From: Vampirovibrionaceae bacterium NZW_1234
GTDB taxonomy: Bacteria; Cyanobacteriota; Vampirovibrionia; Vampirovibrionales; JAGQHJ01
Direction: 5' to 3'
DNA length: 64,000 nucleotides
Assembly (NCBI GenBank): GCA_041697335.1
Contig: JBGUGD010000002.1
Location: forward strand, 128,001 to 192,000
A program made the translations under genes and the position numbers. Shown piece after piece: positions 10,020 to 18,997 of this stretch (position 1 is the first letter of the stretch; each line of letters starts with the position of its first letter). Below the pieces are notes generated by a model that did no database searches, was not told the DNA's origin, and saw only the letters and a program-made list of their open reading frames with translations.

Positions 10020-11077
10020 TGCTTATGAGAGTGCCTGTGACGCCACGTTTTGCCGCAACACCCATGAGTTCTTCCGTAAGACTTCTGGTCAAAAACTCGG
10101 GTACGTTGCTGTCTGACTTCGCATATGGACGCATTCATAACATTCAAAGCTTTCGAGATAATGCCTTTATTTTTTCCTCGCTGATTCAAGTCTTATCCCG
10201 AATTTTTGTCGCCAATCGCTCAGCTCAACAGACCCGGAACACCCCTGAAGGACCCTACCGTTACTTGGAAGCGGTGAAAACCACTTTTAGAGAGGCCATG
10301 GGCTTTTGCCTCAGCTATCTGGTGCTTCGGGCTTTCCAGCGGGGAGCCATTGATTTCTTTCGTAATTTTCTTCATGTGCGTTCCGGCCTCTCGGCAGCGC
10401 CCACCCTCTTTAATGGTTTGTTCCGTCGCATGTTCAATGCTCCGGCTTATGTGTCCTCGAGCAAAGGTTATTTCCCTTCCTTCTTTGGGACACTGAAGCA
10501 GATTGGTCAGGAGGTGGGTCATTACTTCCGCGGCACTCAAAAGTCTTTGTCCTTGAAACCCATTGATCACCTCTTCCCTGATGTAGTCAAAAATCAGGAA
10601 ATTGTCTTTAATCCGGCGCGTTACAAGAAGCTCTCCAGTCTGGTTGAGGTGGTCAATCGGGTTACATTCAGCGATATGAAGGCTTCTCCGGCACAAAAAT
10701 TAAAGGTCTTTTTTGATTGGGTGCCCGTTCTTTTAGGGTCCATCCCGACGATTCTGCTGAGTGGGTTGTGGTTGGAGCGCTTCAGTCAAACCAAGGCTGA
10801 GCCCTTGGCTAAGAAAATAGCCAATTTTATGCAGCCGGTTTCCGCTCAACAGAAGCCTGCTCAGGTTATTGACGTAGAACCGCCCCAATTGTCCAATTCC
10901 GATGCCCCGCTTGGCGCGCTTGATCCCAGCGACTCTGTTGCGTATGCTAATAATGCTCCCGTTCCGGTAATTCAAACCCCTGTTGCGAGTTTTCAATATG
11001 GCCCAGCCTTTCGAACCGGATTCCCTTATCCTCCCGCTCTCTGGGCGTGGGGGCAACGTTATTTGTCTCGGCGCTGA
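10016..11077 (+). CDS. hypothetical membrane-associated protein, possible distant paralog of the upstream ORF
   Basis: 353-aa ORF coupled to the upstream gene, with a similar E-A-x-G helix and C-terminal LSGxxL segment. Confidence 0.7.
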   Translation: MMLMRVPVTPRFAATPMSSSVRLLVKNSGTLLSDFAYGRIHNIQSFRDNAFIFSSLIQVLSRIFVANRSAQQTRNTPEGPYRYLEAVKTTFREAMGFCLSYLVLRAFQRGAIDFFRNFLHVRSGLSAAPTLFNGLFRRMFNAPAYVSSSKGYFPSFFGTLKQIGQEVGHYFRGTQKSLSLKPIDHLFPDVVKNQEIVFNPARYKKLSSLVEVVNRVTFSDMKASPAQKLKVFFDWVPVLLGSIPTILLSGLWLERFSQTKAEPLAKKIANFMQPVSAQQKPAQVIDVEPPQLSNSDAPLGALDPSDSVAYANNAPVPVIQTPVASFQYGPAFRTGFPYPPALWAWGQRYLSRR

Positions 11078-11462
11078 TCTGGTTCACATTCCCCGAATAG
11101 AGGCCATCTTATCGCGCTTTGGGGATCGGTTCTTAGAAAAGGTCCTGACAAATCAGGAGCAAGCGTTCTGCAACACTGCCAAGGACTCTAAAACACGAGT
11201 GAATCGAGTCGCCAGTCGGGTAGCGGCCAAGGAGGCTGTGTTAAAGGCTCTGGGGACGGGGGTGGCTATGCTGGGGCATGCGGAGAAAGGGGCATGGTGG
11301 ACCAATGTCGAAGTTGTTCGCGAGGAAAAAGAAGCTCCCCGGATTCAGCTATATGGTCGTGCGCAAGCTGTCGCTCAGCAGGCTGGGATTGGGCACTGGT
11401 TGATTACCTTGACGCACGACGGTGACTACGCCATGGCTGTCACAATGGGGCTTGCTCCCTAG
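10998..11462 (+). CDS. acpS: holo-[acyl-carrier-protein] synthase
   Basis: LGADLVHIPRI, RFLEKVLT, ASRVAAKEAVLKALGTG, ITLTHDGDYAMA. Confidence 0.92.
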   Translation: MAQPFEPDSLILPLSGRGGNVICLGADLVHIPRIEAILSRFGDRFLEKVLTNQEQAFCNTAKDSKTRVNRVASRVAAKEAVLKALGTGVAMLGHAEKGAWWTNVEVVREEKEAPRIQLYGRAQAVAQQAGIGHWLITLTHDGDYAMAVTMGLAP

Positions 11463-11484
11463 ATTTATAAAATAGACTCTTCAA

Positions 11485-11518
11485 AAGAAAGCCTCCTAGC
11501 AATCTAGGAGGCTTTCTT
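11485..11518. terminator. bidirectional intrinsic terminator
   Basis: AAGAAAGCCTCCTAG-caat-CTAGGAGGCTTTCTT between convergent genes. Confidence 0.85.
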
Positions 11519-11543
11519 CATCTTTTTCCTGCGAAGAAGAGGG

Positions 11544-11885
11544 TTATTCCTCAACGGCGGCTTTTTTCTTGTTAGCCTTTTTCAAGGCATCCAGTTCCGC
11601 TTTCAGGGAATCGTATTCTTCACGGGTGACCAAGCCCAGGTTTTTGACAGCGGCTTTGGTGTAGGTTTCCACGGAATCGCGGACCTTGGATTCAAACTGT
11701 TCTTTTTCTTTAACGGCCCGGTTTTTCAGATCTTCGGTGAAACCCATGGCATCCTTTTGGGTCATTTCACCCCGCTCAACCAGTTCGTTGGCCAGGTCCT
11801 GAATTTTTTCAACGGTCACCGCTGTGGCGCCGATACCGATTAAAAAGGCTTTCTTCCACATTTCAAAGGGATCTTTTTCCGCCAT
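11544..11885 (-). CDS. phasin-like / PHA granule-associated family protein
   Basis: KKAFLIGIGA...ELVERGEMTQKDA...LGLVTREEYDSLKAEL pattern. Start set at MAEKDP. Confidence 0.75.
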   Translation of the reverse strand: MAEKDPFEMWKKAFLIGIGATAVTVEKIQDLANELVERGEMTQKDAMGFTEDLKNRAVKEKEQFESKVRDSVETYTKAAVKNLGLVTREEYDSLKAELDALKKANKKKAAVEE

Positions 11886-12058
11886 GTTGAGAGTTCCTTT
11901 CAAACTAAATGCAAGCAAACACGGTTGTACTTTATTGTGACATATTCTTCCGGTTCCGGCCTCAGGTTTCAGAAGGAGCTGTTGTCTGATTTTTTTATGG
12001 GGTCTATGAAAGTTATCCGTGACAATACTGCTCTTCAAGGAAAAACCTGGGGGCGGAT

Positions 12059-12643
12059 TTACATGTCAACCTCGGGCGCACGCTGGCTTTCCTGGGGCGG
12101 ATTATAATAGGCCCTGGGTTTGGCCTGAAACGCCATGGCGGTCAGGTTGGTCGGAAAGCGTCGAATCAGGCCGTTATAGTCTCTTACCGCATTGTTGTAA
12201 TCCATGCGTGACACCGCAATACGGTTTTCTGTGCCTGCCAGTTCGTCAATCAATCGAGTGTATTGTTCGTTCGCCTTCAGGTTGGGGTAGTTCTCCGCCA
12301 CGACCAGTAATCGTCCCAAGGCACTGTTAAATGCGCCAGATGCTTCGGCCACCCGGTTGGGATCGTTGCTCCCCAAGGCGCCACTCATCCGGGCGCGGGC
12401 ATCAGCAATGTCTGAAAAAACGGTTTGTTCATGGCTGGCGTAGGATTTCACGACTTTCACCAGGTTCGGAATCAGATCGGAACGGCGTTGTAACTGGCTT
12501 TCGACCTGGGCCCACTTGTTATTGATGTCTTCGTCCATGGTCTGGATTTGGTTATACCCGCAGCCTGAGAACATCAGGGTCATCATTAGGGCACAGGACA
12601 TTAGGGCCAACGTGAAATAACGAGAGATTATATTGTGCTTCAT
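12059..12643 (-). CDS. lemA: LemA family protein
   Basis: WAQVESQLQRRSDLIPNLV, AENYPNLKAN, ELAGTENRIAVSRMDYN; lipoprotein-like FSGC. AAGGAG RBS before MKHNII. Confidence 0.95.
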   Translation of the reverse strand: MKHNIISRYFTLALMSCALMMTLMFSGCGYNQIQTMDEDINNKWAQVESQLQRRSDLIPNLVKVVKSYASHEQTVFSDIADARARMSGALGSNDPNRVAEASGAFNSALGRLLVVAENYPNLKANEQYTRLIDELAGTENRIAVSRMDYNNAVRDYNGLIRRFPTNLTAMAFQAKPRAYYNPPQESQRAPEVDM

Positions 12644-12656
12644 CGGGGACGTCTCC

Positions 12657-13418
12657 TTAGGCTTTCGATACAGCAAATTCGTGGCATTGATCCACGAAGT
12701 GGGTCACTAAATCCAATTGTTCCAAGACGTCATGGCAGATGGTCATAACCTCGGCCGAAGCAATGTGGCCTTTGACTTCCTTGGAATGCAGAATTTTTTC
12801 AAAGGAGCTTTCGTTAAAGCCCGGGACAATGTCTTTTAGCATGGTGAGCGTATCCAGGGCCGTTTGTGGGACCTCGTTGTGAGATCGCTTTAATCGGATT
12901 ATTCCCCGAAACAAAGCCGTGTAGCTGCTGACATGATGCTGGAGCATATCCAGAATAACTTCAGGCTTGTCCCGATACAGGAGTAAGCGCTGGCGCAGAT
13001 AAACCAGTTTTCGGTGCAACTCAAGCTCACAGACCAAGCGCAGGGACTGGACATCCAACTGGGTCTCGGAATACAGATCTTTACCGAAGGCGACATGGTG
13101 ATTATCCCGAATGTCGGCATATTCCAGGGCAAAGGCATCGGCAGAACGCCCCCATTCTTCTTCGGACATAAACACGGGCAGGGCGTGTGCTGTTTTCTCC
13201 CACCACTTGGAAATTGAAGAGGCTTTTTCCAGATCTTTGTAATCAATCTCGCTCAAGATCACGAGGACATTGATATCCTGAAGGTGTTTTTTCTGGGCCG
13301 GTTGAGCGTCTCGTTGCAGTGCGGAGCCATAAACACAAACTGAGACGAGGTGAGTGTCAAAGAGATGTTGGAGTTCATAGACCAAGCGTTGAACTTTGGT
13401 TTGGACGTCTGGGTGCAT
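12657..13418 (-). CDS. nucleotidyltransferase-fold hypothetical protein
   Basis: VSVCVYGSA...DINVLVIL resembles the Pol-beta NTase hG[S]...DxD motif; lies between TPM and lemA genes. Confidence 0.65.
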   Translation of the reverse strand: MHPDVQTKVQRLVYELQHLFDTHLVSVCVYGSALQRDAQPAQKKHLQDINVLVILSEIDYKDLEKASSISKWWEKTAHALPVFMSEEEWGRSADAFALEYADIRDNHHVAFGKDLYSETQLDVQSLRLVCELELHRKLVYLRQRLLLYRDKPEVILDMLQHHVSSYTALFRGIIRLKRSHNEVPQTALDTLTMLKDIVPGFNESSFEKILHSKEVKGHIASAEVMTICHDVLEQLDLVTHFVDQCHEFAVSKA

Positions 13419-13449
13419 TGTTTCATCACTCCTTTGTGCTTAAAAGCTA

Positions 13450-14208
13450 TTACCAGCTTCGGGAAGAACCCCCGCCGCCGAAACTACCGCCACCGAAGCC
13501 GCCAAAATCGATGCCGCCGCCTCGGCCGCCATAGTAACCTCCGCCAAAGCCACCGCCTCCGCCCCAATAACCACGAGGACGAAAGAGAGACAGCAGGATA
13601 AAGAAGCCCAGAAACATCAAGATGACCCAAAAGGGTAATTCAGGCTTTTCCGGTTCTGTTGGGGCAGGTGTCTGGACGGTAACCCCATCGAGACTGGTGA
13701 GCGTAATTTGGCGATCTTTGGCAATGGTGTCGGCGTAGGCCACCATGCCGTTGTAGATACCGGTGTTGTAGTCACCTTGCCTGAAAAAAGGCAGCATATA
13801 GCGGTCTTGAATCGCACCGGATAGCCCGTCCGGGATGATGCCTTCCAGGCCATAGCCCACCTCGGTCCGGAGCTTTCGATCCTGGACCGCAAGCAGGATC
13901 AACAGGCCCGTGTTTTCTTTTTTCGAACCAATGCCCCATTGGCGGGCCACTTGAAGCGAGGCTGTTTCCAGAGGGGTGCCATCCAACGTCGTCACTGTTA
14001 ACAGGGCCATCTGGGCACCTGTTTTTTGATCGACTTCCTGGGCCAACTGGGTCAGCCCGGCTTCGACCTCGGGTGAAAGAACATCTGCCGTATCGTTAAT
14101 GTATCCGGTATAGCGGGGAACTTGGAAAGCTGCATGGACCGGTAGGCTCAGGAGGGTCAAAAGACAAGCCAACAATCCGAACATGAACCATTGCGTGCGT
14201 CGAGCCAT
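13450..14208 (-). CDS. TPM-domain (YgcG-like) membrane protein
   Basis: INDTADVL, WGIGSKKENTGLLILLA, EVGYGLEG; TM helix and Gly-rich tail ending GGGSFGGGGSSRSW. Confidence 0.92.
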   Translation of the reverse strand: MARRTQWFMFGLLACLLTLLSLPVHAAFQVPRYTGYINDTADVLSPEVEAGLTQLAQEVDQKTGAQMALLTVTTLDGTPLETASLQVARQWGIGSKKENTGLLILLAVQDRKLRTEVGYGLEGIIPDGLSGAIQDRYMLPFFRQGDYNTGIYNGMVAYADTIAKDRQITLTSLDGVTVQTPAPTEPEKPELPFWVILMFLGFFILLSLFRPRGYWGGGGGFGGGYYGGRGGGIDFGGFGGGSFGGGGSSRSW

Positions 14209-14340
14209 GGGTGAGCCTCTCCAAATTTGCTGGCATGGTTATAGCACAAAGTCGCTTGAATAAAATGAGGCACCGGGACACTGAGTCACCGGTGCAATGT
14301 TCATCCCCACATTTATCCTGCTAAATGCTTTTTATGCTGG

Positions 14341-15105
14341 TTACCACCCCGGGTAGGCGCTCATCAAGGAGCCGGGAAAGCCAAACCCCATCTGGGGAGG
14401 TAATCCTCCGAACGCAGAGATGCTGCGGCTATGGTAGCGAGAAAAAGAGTAGTCGCTCGGGATACCACCGCTTCCAAAGCCAGGAGTGTTAAAGCCTCCA
14501 AATCCATAGGGGTTTGTTCCAAAGCCGTTGCCCCAGGAAGAATTATAGAAAGGCGAACCTCCGAAGCCCCCGAAGGGGTTATTAAAGGCTCCGCCAAAAC
14601 CACCAAAGGGGCTACCAAAAGCTCCGCCAAAACCAGGGCTGCCAAACCCACCGAAAGGTCTATTAAAGCCTCCCCCGAAGCCAGGACCGCCAAACCCACC
14701 GAAGGGGCTATTAAAGCCTCCGCCAAAACCAGGGCCGCCAAACCCACCGAAGGGGTTATTAAAGGCTCCGCCAAACCCACCCAAGGGGCTATTAAAGCCT
14801 CCCCCGAAGCCAGGGCTGCCAAACCCGCCGAAGGGGCTACCAAAAGCTCCGCCCAAACCAGGGCCCCCAAACCCGCCAAAAGGTCCATTGAATGGCCCTC
14901 CGAAGCCGGGGCTGAAGGAAGTGAAACTGCTGGAACTCAGGGGGATACCTCGTCCGCTGAAGTTGCCGTAGCTGAATCCGCCATAGGGGGTTCCAATATA
15001 ACCACCGAACTCCGGGCGAATTTGAGGCAATACCCGGATCGAGCCACTGCGGAAGCCCGGATCAAAAACCGTGCGGCTTGTACGACTGTTTACGGAAAAC
15101 GCCAT
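14341..15105 (-). CDS. Gly/Phe (FG)-repeat low-complexity protein
   Basis: Tandem PFGGFG(G/S)PGFGG(G/A)F(N/G)S units; non-repetitive N- and C-termini. Start set at MAFSVN. Confidence 0.8.
   Translation of the reverse strand: MAFSVNSRTSRTVFDPGFRSGSIRVLPQIRPEFGGYIGTPYGGFSYGNFSGRGIPLSSSSFTSFSPGFGGPFNGPFGGFGGPGLGGAFGSPFGGFGSPGFGGGFNSPLGGFGGAFNNPFGGFGGPGFGGGFNSPFGGFGGPGFGGGFNRPFGGFGSPGFGGAFGSPFGGFGGAFNNPFGGFGGSPFYNSSWGNGFGTNPYGFGGFNTPGFGSGGIPSDYSFSRYHSRSISAFGGLPPQMGFGFPGSLMSAYPGW
14560..14915 (-). repeat. imperfect coding tandem repeat (~48-nt and ~33-nt units)
   Basis: Recurrent ccgccaaacccaccgaaggggctattaaagcct on the + strand. Confidence 0.85.
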
Positions 15106-15157
15106 GCGTAGAATACCCCCAACCAAACGTCTTTTCTATGTCTGTCCTGTGTCCAAC

Positions 15158-15190
15158 TGCATAAAAACCAGGAATCTAAATTTTTTGTTA
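15158..15190 (-). promoter_or_regulatory. conserved upstream motif, copy 1 (TAACAAAAAA-N13-TTTTTATGCA)
   Basis: 30/33 identical to 31651-31683; same orientation relative to the downstream gene. Confidence 0.7.
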
Positions 15191-15334
15191 ATGTTTTTAT
15201 TTTTTTACGAAAAAAATTTATATAGACGTCAGTTTTGTATGCTTTTTCTACGCTCTGGGCTTATTTTGAGACAATGAGGGTGTATTGTGAGCTTTTATAC
15301 TTGTCTCTGAAGGGGTGTGCTGGTATCCGAAGTT

Positions 15335-15490
15335 AGAGGAACGGAAAACTTTTCCGTTCCTCTTGAGGGATCTGCTGACTAGAACGCGGGTTGGCAAAAC
15401 AAGAATGGCAAATCCACCAGAGATCCCACTCGCAATAGGACTCGGTCGCTTGGGGGGCGATTGGGGTGTCAAAGGATGTTTTACTTTTGA
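15335..15490 (+). ncRNA. structured nadA leader, candidate NAD+-I-like riboswitch
   Basis: 13-bp perfect hairpin (15335-15363), then a GGGAUCU..CUG/CAGAGAUCCC stem enclosing an 8-nt junction and a GCGGGUU/AAUCCAC stem (15367-15427), then a hairpin and U-rich tract. Confidence 0.45.
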
Positions 15491-15556
15491 TTCCAGTTTC
15501 AGTACAGTATCAGTACTCAATTCGTTTTTTATGGCCTGCTACGAAAGGGATGATGT

Positions 15557-16549
15557 GTGATGATGGCTGCCGAAACAATGCTTCCCCCTGCATTTGGCTC
15601 GATTGAACAGAAACAGAGCCGACTGGAACGCCAACGTCAGCTGGAAACTGAAATTCAGCAACTCAAAAAAGAACGAAACGCCGTAATTCTGGCCCACTTG
15701 TATGAGCGCCTGGAAATTCAGCTGGTGGCCGATCACGTGGGCGACTCCCTGGGGTTAAGCCAGGAAGCTGCCAAGACGGATGCCGATATGATTATTTTTT
15801 GCGGCGTCCATTTTATGGCCGAAACCGCCAAGCTGCTGTCTCCTCAAAAGAAAGTGTTCCTGGGCAATAAAAACGCCGGCTGCCCGATGGCCGATATGAT
15901 TACCCGGGATGACCTGATCAAGTTCAAAGCCCAGCATCCCGGTGTCCCCGTGGTGGCCTATGTGAATACCACGGCGGAGGTCAAGGCTGAAAGCGACGTC
16001 TGCTGCACCAGTGCCAACGCCGTGAACGTGGTGCGAGCCTTGGGCTCTGATAAGATTTTATGTGTGCCCGATCAGCATCTGGCCAAGTACATCCAATCCC
16101 AGGTTCCCGAAGTCGAGGTGATCTGGTGGAACGGCTTCTGCCCCACCCATTTACGCATGCTTCCGGAAGATGTGATTGCCTTGAAGCAGGAATACCCGGA
16201 AGCCATGATTCTGGCCCATCCGGAGTGCGATGATCCCATTAAAGATCTGGCTGATTTTATCGGAAGCACTACCAAAATTCGGGAAACCGCCATGAAGAGC
16301 AACAAGCGGGTCTTTATTGTCTGTACCGAGGACGGGGTGCGTCAGCGCCTCAGTTATGACTGTCCAGACAAGCTGTTTTTAACGCCGACCCGGGCTTGTG
16401 CCGTTTGTCCCAACATGAAGCTGACCCGGCTTGAAAACATTCGCAATACCCTGCGGGATATGGATCCGGCCGATGAGATTATTATTCCGGACGACATTGC
16501 CGTCAGGGCTCGCAAAACTCTTGATATGATGATGGCCATCCACGGCTAA
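15557..16549 (+). CDS. nadA: quinolinate synthase A
   Basis: AVILAHLY, VGDSLGL, FCGVHFMAETAK, AGCPMAD, YVNTTAEVKA, CTSANA, AHPEC, CPNMK. Confidence 0.96.
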   Translation: MMMAAETMLPPAFGSIEQKQSRLERQRQLETEIQQLKKERNAVILAHLYERLEIQLVADHVGDSLGLSQEAAKTDADMIIFCGVHFMAETAKLLSPQKKVFLGNKNAGCPMADMITRDDLIKFKAQHPGVPVVAYVNTTAEVKAESDVCCTSANAVNVVRALGSDKILCVPDQHLAKYIQSQVPEVEVIWWNGFCPTHLRMLPEDVIALKQEYPEAMILAHPECDDPIKDLADFIGSTTKIRETAMKSNKRVFIVCTEDGVRQRLSYDCPDKLFLTPTRACAVCPNMKLTRLENIRNTLRDMDPADEIIIPDDIAVRARKTLDMMMAIHG

Positions 16550-16560
16550 AAGGACACGTT

Positions 16561-17838
16561 TTGATGTCTGACACCCCTCGTATTGCTGCCTCGGAGCCCC
16601 AGTCTCGTGTTCTTCTGGAGCCGAAAGTAGACAGTCGGTTTCAGGTGCGCCAGATCATTCCGGAGGCCTCCGGCTTGGAATTGCAACGGGTGCAGTTTGA
16701 TGAAAGCTACCGGCAGGTGGCTGAAAAGAAGTTTCACCATCTCGTTATCAAGGCATCCGCTTTATCGGCTCCCGGGGCCAATATCCTGAAGCAGACCTGC
16801 CTGACTCTGGGGGCTGAAGCCGGTGTGCATCGCGGTGCAATAAACTGTACGGTGGATCGGGAGGCCGTCCTGATTACGGCAACCCAGGCTCAGCTGGAAC
16901 GCCTGATTTTGAAGTTACGACCTCAGCCTTTTGGGTTGAAGCTTTTGGCGGAAAGTATCAGTCGCATGCTCCAGCGGCAAAGGCATCTTGGCCAGAAACA
17001 GCTGGAAGTGATGGCCATTTTGAATATGACCCCGGATTCCTTTTCCGATGGCGGACGTCTCGCTTCCATAGACGCCGTGATTCAAGCGGCACAGACCGCA
17101 TTGGATGCCGGGGCAAAGATTTTGGATGTCGGAGGCGAGTCGACTCGTCCCGGTGCCTCTTGTGTGCCGGTCGAGGAAGAGCTGGCACGGGTTATTCCCG
17201 TGGTTCAAGCCTTACGGCAAACCTTCCCCCAAGCGAAAATCAGCATCGATACCCGGAAGGCCATGGTGGCGCTGCGAGCCGTGGAGGCCGGGGCAAATTG
17301 GGTGAACGATGTTTCCGGGTGCACCTTTGATCCGGACATGATGCTTACCGTCATTGAAACAGGGGCTTCCGTCGTGATGATGCACAGCCAGGGGACACCG
17401 GAAACCATGCAGCAGAATCCCCACTATGACGATGTGGTCGGGGAGATTGCCCGCTTTTTTTACCAGCAATTGGATGCTTTTGTCTCACTTGGGGGCTCGC
17501 CCAACCAAGTCATCCTGGATCCGGGCTTTGGCTTCGGTAAAACCCTGGACCATAACCTGGAAGTGATGCGGCGATTGCCGGAGTTGGTCTCGATTGGCTT
17601 TCCCGTGCTGGTCGGGACATCCCGAAAATCATTTTTGACCCTGGGCCGTCCCGATGACATTCCCGTAACCGAGCGGGAAGCCCTGACGGCAGCGTCACTG
17701 GCTCTTGCCATTCAGTCTGGGGCGTCTATCCTGCGTGTCCATGATGTTTCGGTATTGATGCCTGTTATTCAATGGGTGCAGCAGGTCCAGACGTTTCCTC
17801 TGCCGTTAGTGGTGCCGGAGGAAGATACCCAGGACTAG
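16561..17838 (+). CDS. folP: dihydropteroate synthase with N-terminal extension
   Basis: MAILNMTPDSFSDGG, DVGGESTRPG, SIDT, VNDVSG, ILDPGFGFGK, GTSRKSF, LRVHDV. Confidence 0.95.
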   Translation: MMSDTPRIAASEPQSRVLLEPKVDSRFQVRQIIPEASGLELQRVQFDESYRQVAEKKFHHLVIKASALSAPGANILKQTCLTLGAEAGVHRGAINCTVDREAVLITATQAQLERLILKLRPQPFGLKLLAESISRMLQRQRHLGQKQLEVMAILNMTPDSFSDGGRLASIDAVIQAAQTALDAGAKILDVGGESTRPGASCVPVEEELARVIPVVQALRQTFPQAKISIDTRKAMVALRAVEAGANWVNDVSGCTFDPDMMLTVIETGASVVMMHSQGTPETMQQNPHYDDVVGEIARFFYQQLDAFVSLGGSPNQVILDPGFGFGKTLDHNLEVMRRLPELVSIGFPVLVGTSRKSFLTLGRPDDIPVTEREALTAASLALAIQSGASILRVHDVSVLMPVIQWVQQVQTFPLPLVVPEEDTQD

Positions 17839-18687
17839 TCCGGCAGTGGCCAGATTCATCAGGGCCGTGATGATAGGCTGAGGAGACCCGATACGCTTAC
17901 CAAACGGGTAGGTTAGTGCACAGAGCACCCCTGCAAGGGCTCCTCCCAGATGACCGAAGAGATTGAGTGGATAAGGGCTGCTAATATTCAGTACAACCAT
18001 GACCAGAATATAGCCGATGAGGCTTTGCAGAGTTTTTCCAAAGCTTTGCGACCGATAAACAAGGGCAGCTCTGGCTGATAGGATGATATAGGCCGTTTGG
18101 AAACCATACAGGATTCCAGAGGCGCCTACGGAGTGAGGCACTTGAAAATATAATGTCAGCCAGTCACTGCCCACCATTGCGGTGAGTCCCCACAGCACCA
18201 TAACCCGCCAGCCAATGAGGGACTCTAATAAGTAGCCGAAAATCAGCAACGCAAAGGTGTTGAAGAACAGGTGCTCCCAAGAAGCATGTGAAAAATTGGC
18301 GGTGACAAGACGCCAGTACTCCTGCCGGGTTATCACGCCCGTGAAGTCAAGGTTTGACCATTGGAGAAAGGTCTCTGTGGGCTGACCAAACTGGGGATAA
18401 CTACCGGCCAGATACACCAACACCAGGACAAGCGCAAAGATCATGGTGAACGGCGTATGGATTAACCCTCGAAAGAGGTTTTCATCTTCCCCTGAAAGAG
18501 CCTGATTCGGGGTATTTGATAGATCGGAAACAGGACCAGAAGCGTCGGTCAAGGGGATAACGGCATCCGGGTCCTTTAAGCAGCTGCGGCAAATCATGGT
18601 GCCGTCACTCATAATCAGGCCTAAATCGCCTTGAAGGGGTTTATGGCACCGGGCGCATTGAAATGAGGTTGGGGGGATACTGCTCAT
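17806..18687 (-). CDS. rhomboid intramembrane serine protease with N-terminal Cys4 zinc-ribbon-like segment
   Basis: YWRLVT, HASWEHLFFN, VGASG (Ser), GHLGG (His); CARC...CRSC at the N-terminus. Confidence 0.9.
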   Translation of the reverse strand: MSSIPPTSFQCARCHKPLQGDLGLIMSDGTMICRSCLKDPDAVIPLTDASGPVSDLSNTPNQALSGEDENLFRGLIHTPFTMIFALVLVLVYLAGSYPQFGQPTETFLQWSNLDFTGVITRQEYWRLVTANFSHASWEHLFFNTFALLIFGYLLESLIGWRVMVLWGLTAMVGSDWLTLYFQVPHSVGASGILYGFQTAYIILSARAALVYRSQSFGKTLQSLIGYILVMVVLNISSPYPLNLFGHLGGALAGVLCALTYPFGKRIGSPQPIITALMNLATAGLVLGIFLRHH

Positions 18688-18733
18688 CAGTCCGATTTCG
18701 ATCATTGTCTTGTCTATGGGACATTCTTAACGC

Positions 18734-18763
18734 AAAAAGCACCATTTTCAAACAATGGTGCTT
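18734..18763 (-). terminator. intrinsic terminator closing the rpsE-rpmJ operon
   Basis: AAGCACCATT/AATGGTGCTT stem with an A-run on + (U-run on the minus strand), downstream of rpmJ. Confidence 0.65.
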
Positions 18764-18862
18764 CGATAAATATCCGGCCATGGCGGTCAACACAAAAGAT
18801 CGGGAGTGAAGGACCATCCCCGTTGATGATGTGTCTATCGCTGTCGACAGTGTATCGTCAGA

Positions 18863-18976
18863 CTACCCTTGGCGTTGCTTGTGCTTGGGGTTCTCGCAAA
18901 TAACAGCCACACGGCCGCGACGACGAATGACTTTACATTTGTCGCAAATGCGCTTCACCGAGGTTCTGCATTTCAT
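18863..18976 (-). CDS. rpmJ: 50S ribosomal protein L36 (zinc-binding type)
   Basis: Not in the ORF track. Manual translation [37 protein letters not shown]. Confidence 0.97.
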   Translation of the reverse strand: MKCRTSVKRICDKCKVIRRRGRVAVICENPKHKQRQG

Positions 18977-18997
18977 GGGCTTCTTTCCTTCTTCGTT

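Noticed and set aside
14560..14915. Possible CRISPR-like periodic repeats
   Set aside because: Units are in-frame multiples of three, degenerate, and lack unique spacers; no cas genes in the window.
14364..15111. Alternative-frame ORFs over the FG-repeat gene (174 aa on -, 226 aa histone-like AKT/AKP repeats on +)
   Set aside because: Expected shadows of a GGN/TTY-rich repeat. The FG frame has synonymous third-position variation and the upstream motif on its strand.
15158..15190. Reading the shared motif as a sigma-54 promoter (TGG...TGCA)
   Set aside because: GG-to-GC spacing is 7 nt, not the required 10.
16561..17000. ~145-aa N-terminal extension on FolP
   Set aside because: Similar long-form FolP proteins are known in several bacterial groups, so it is not treated as novel.
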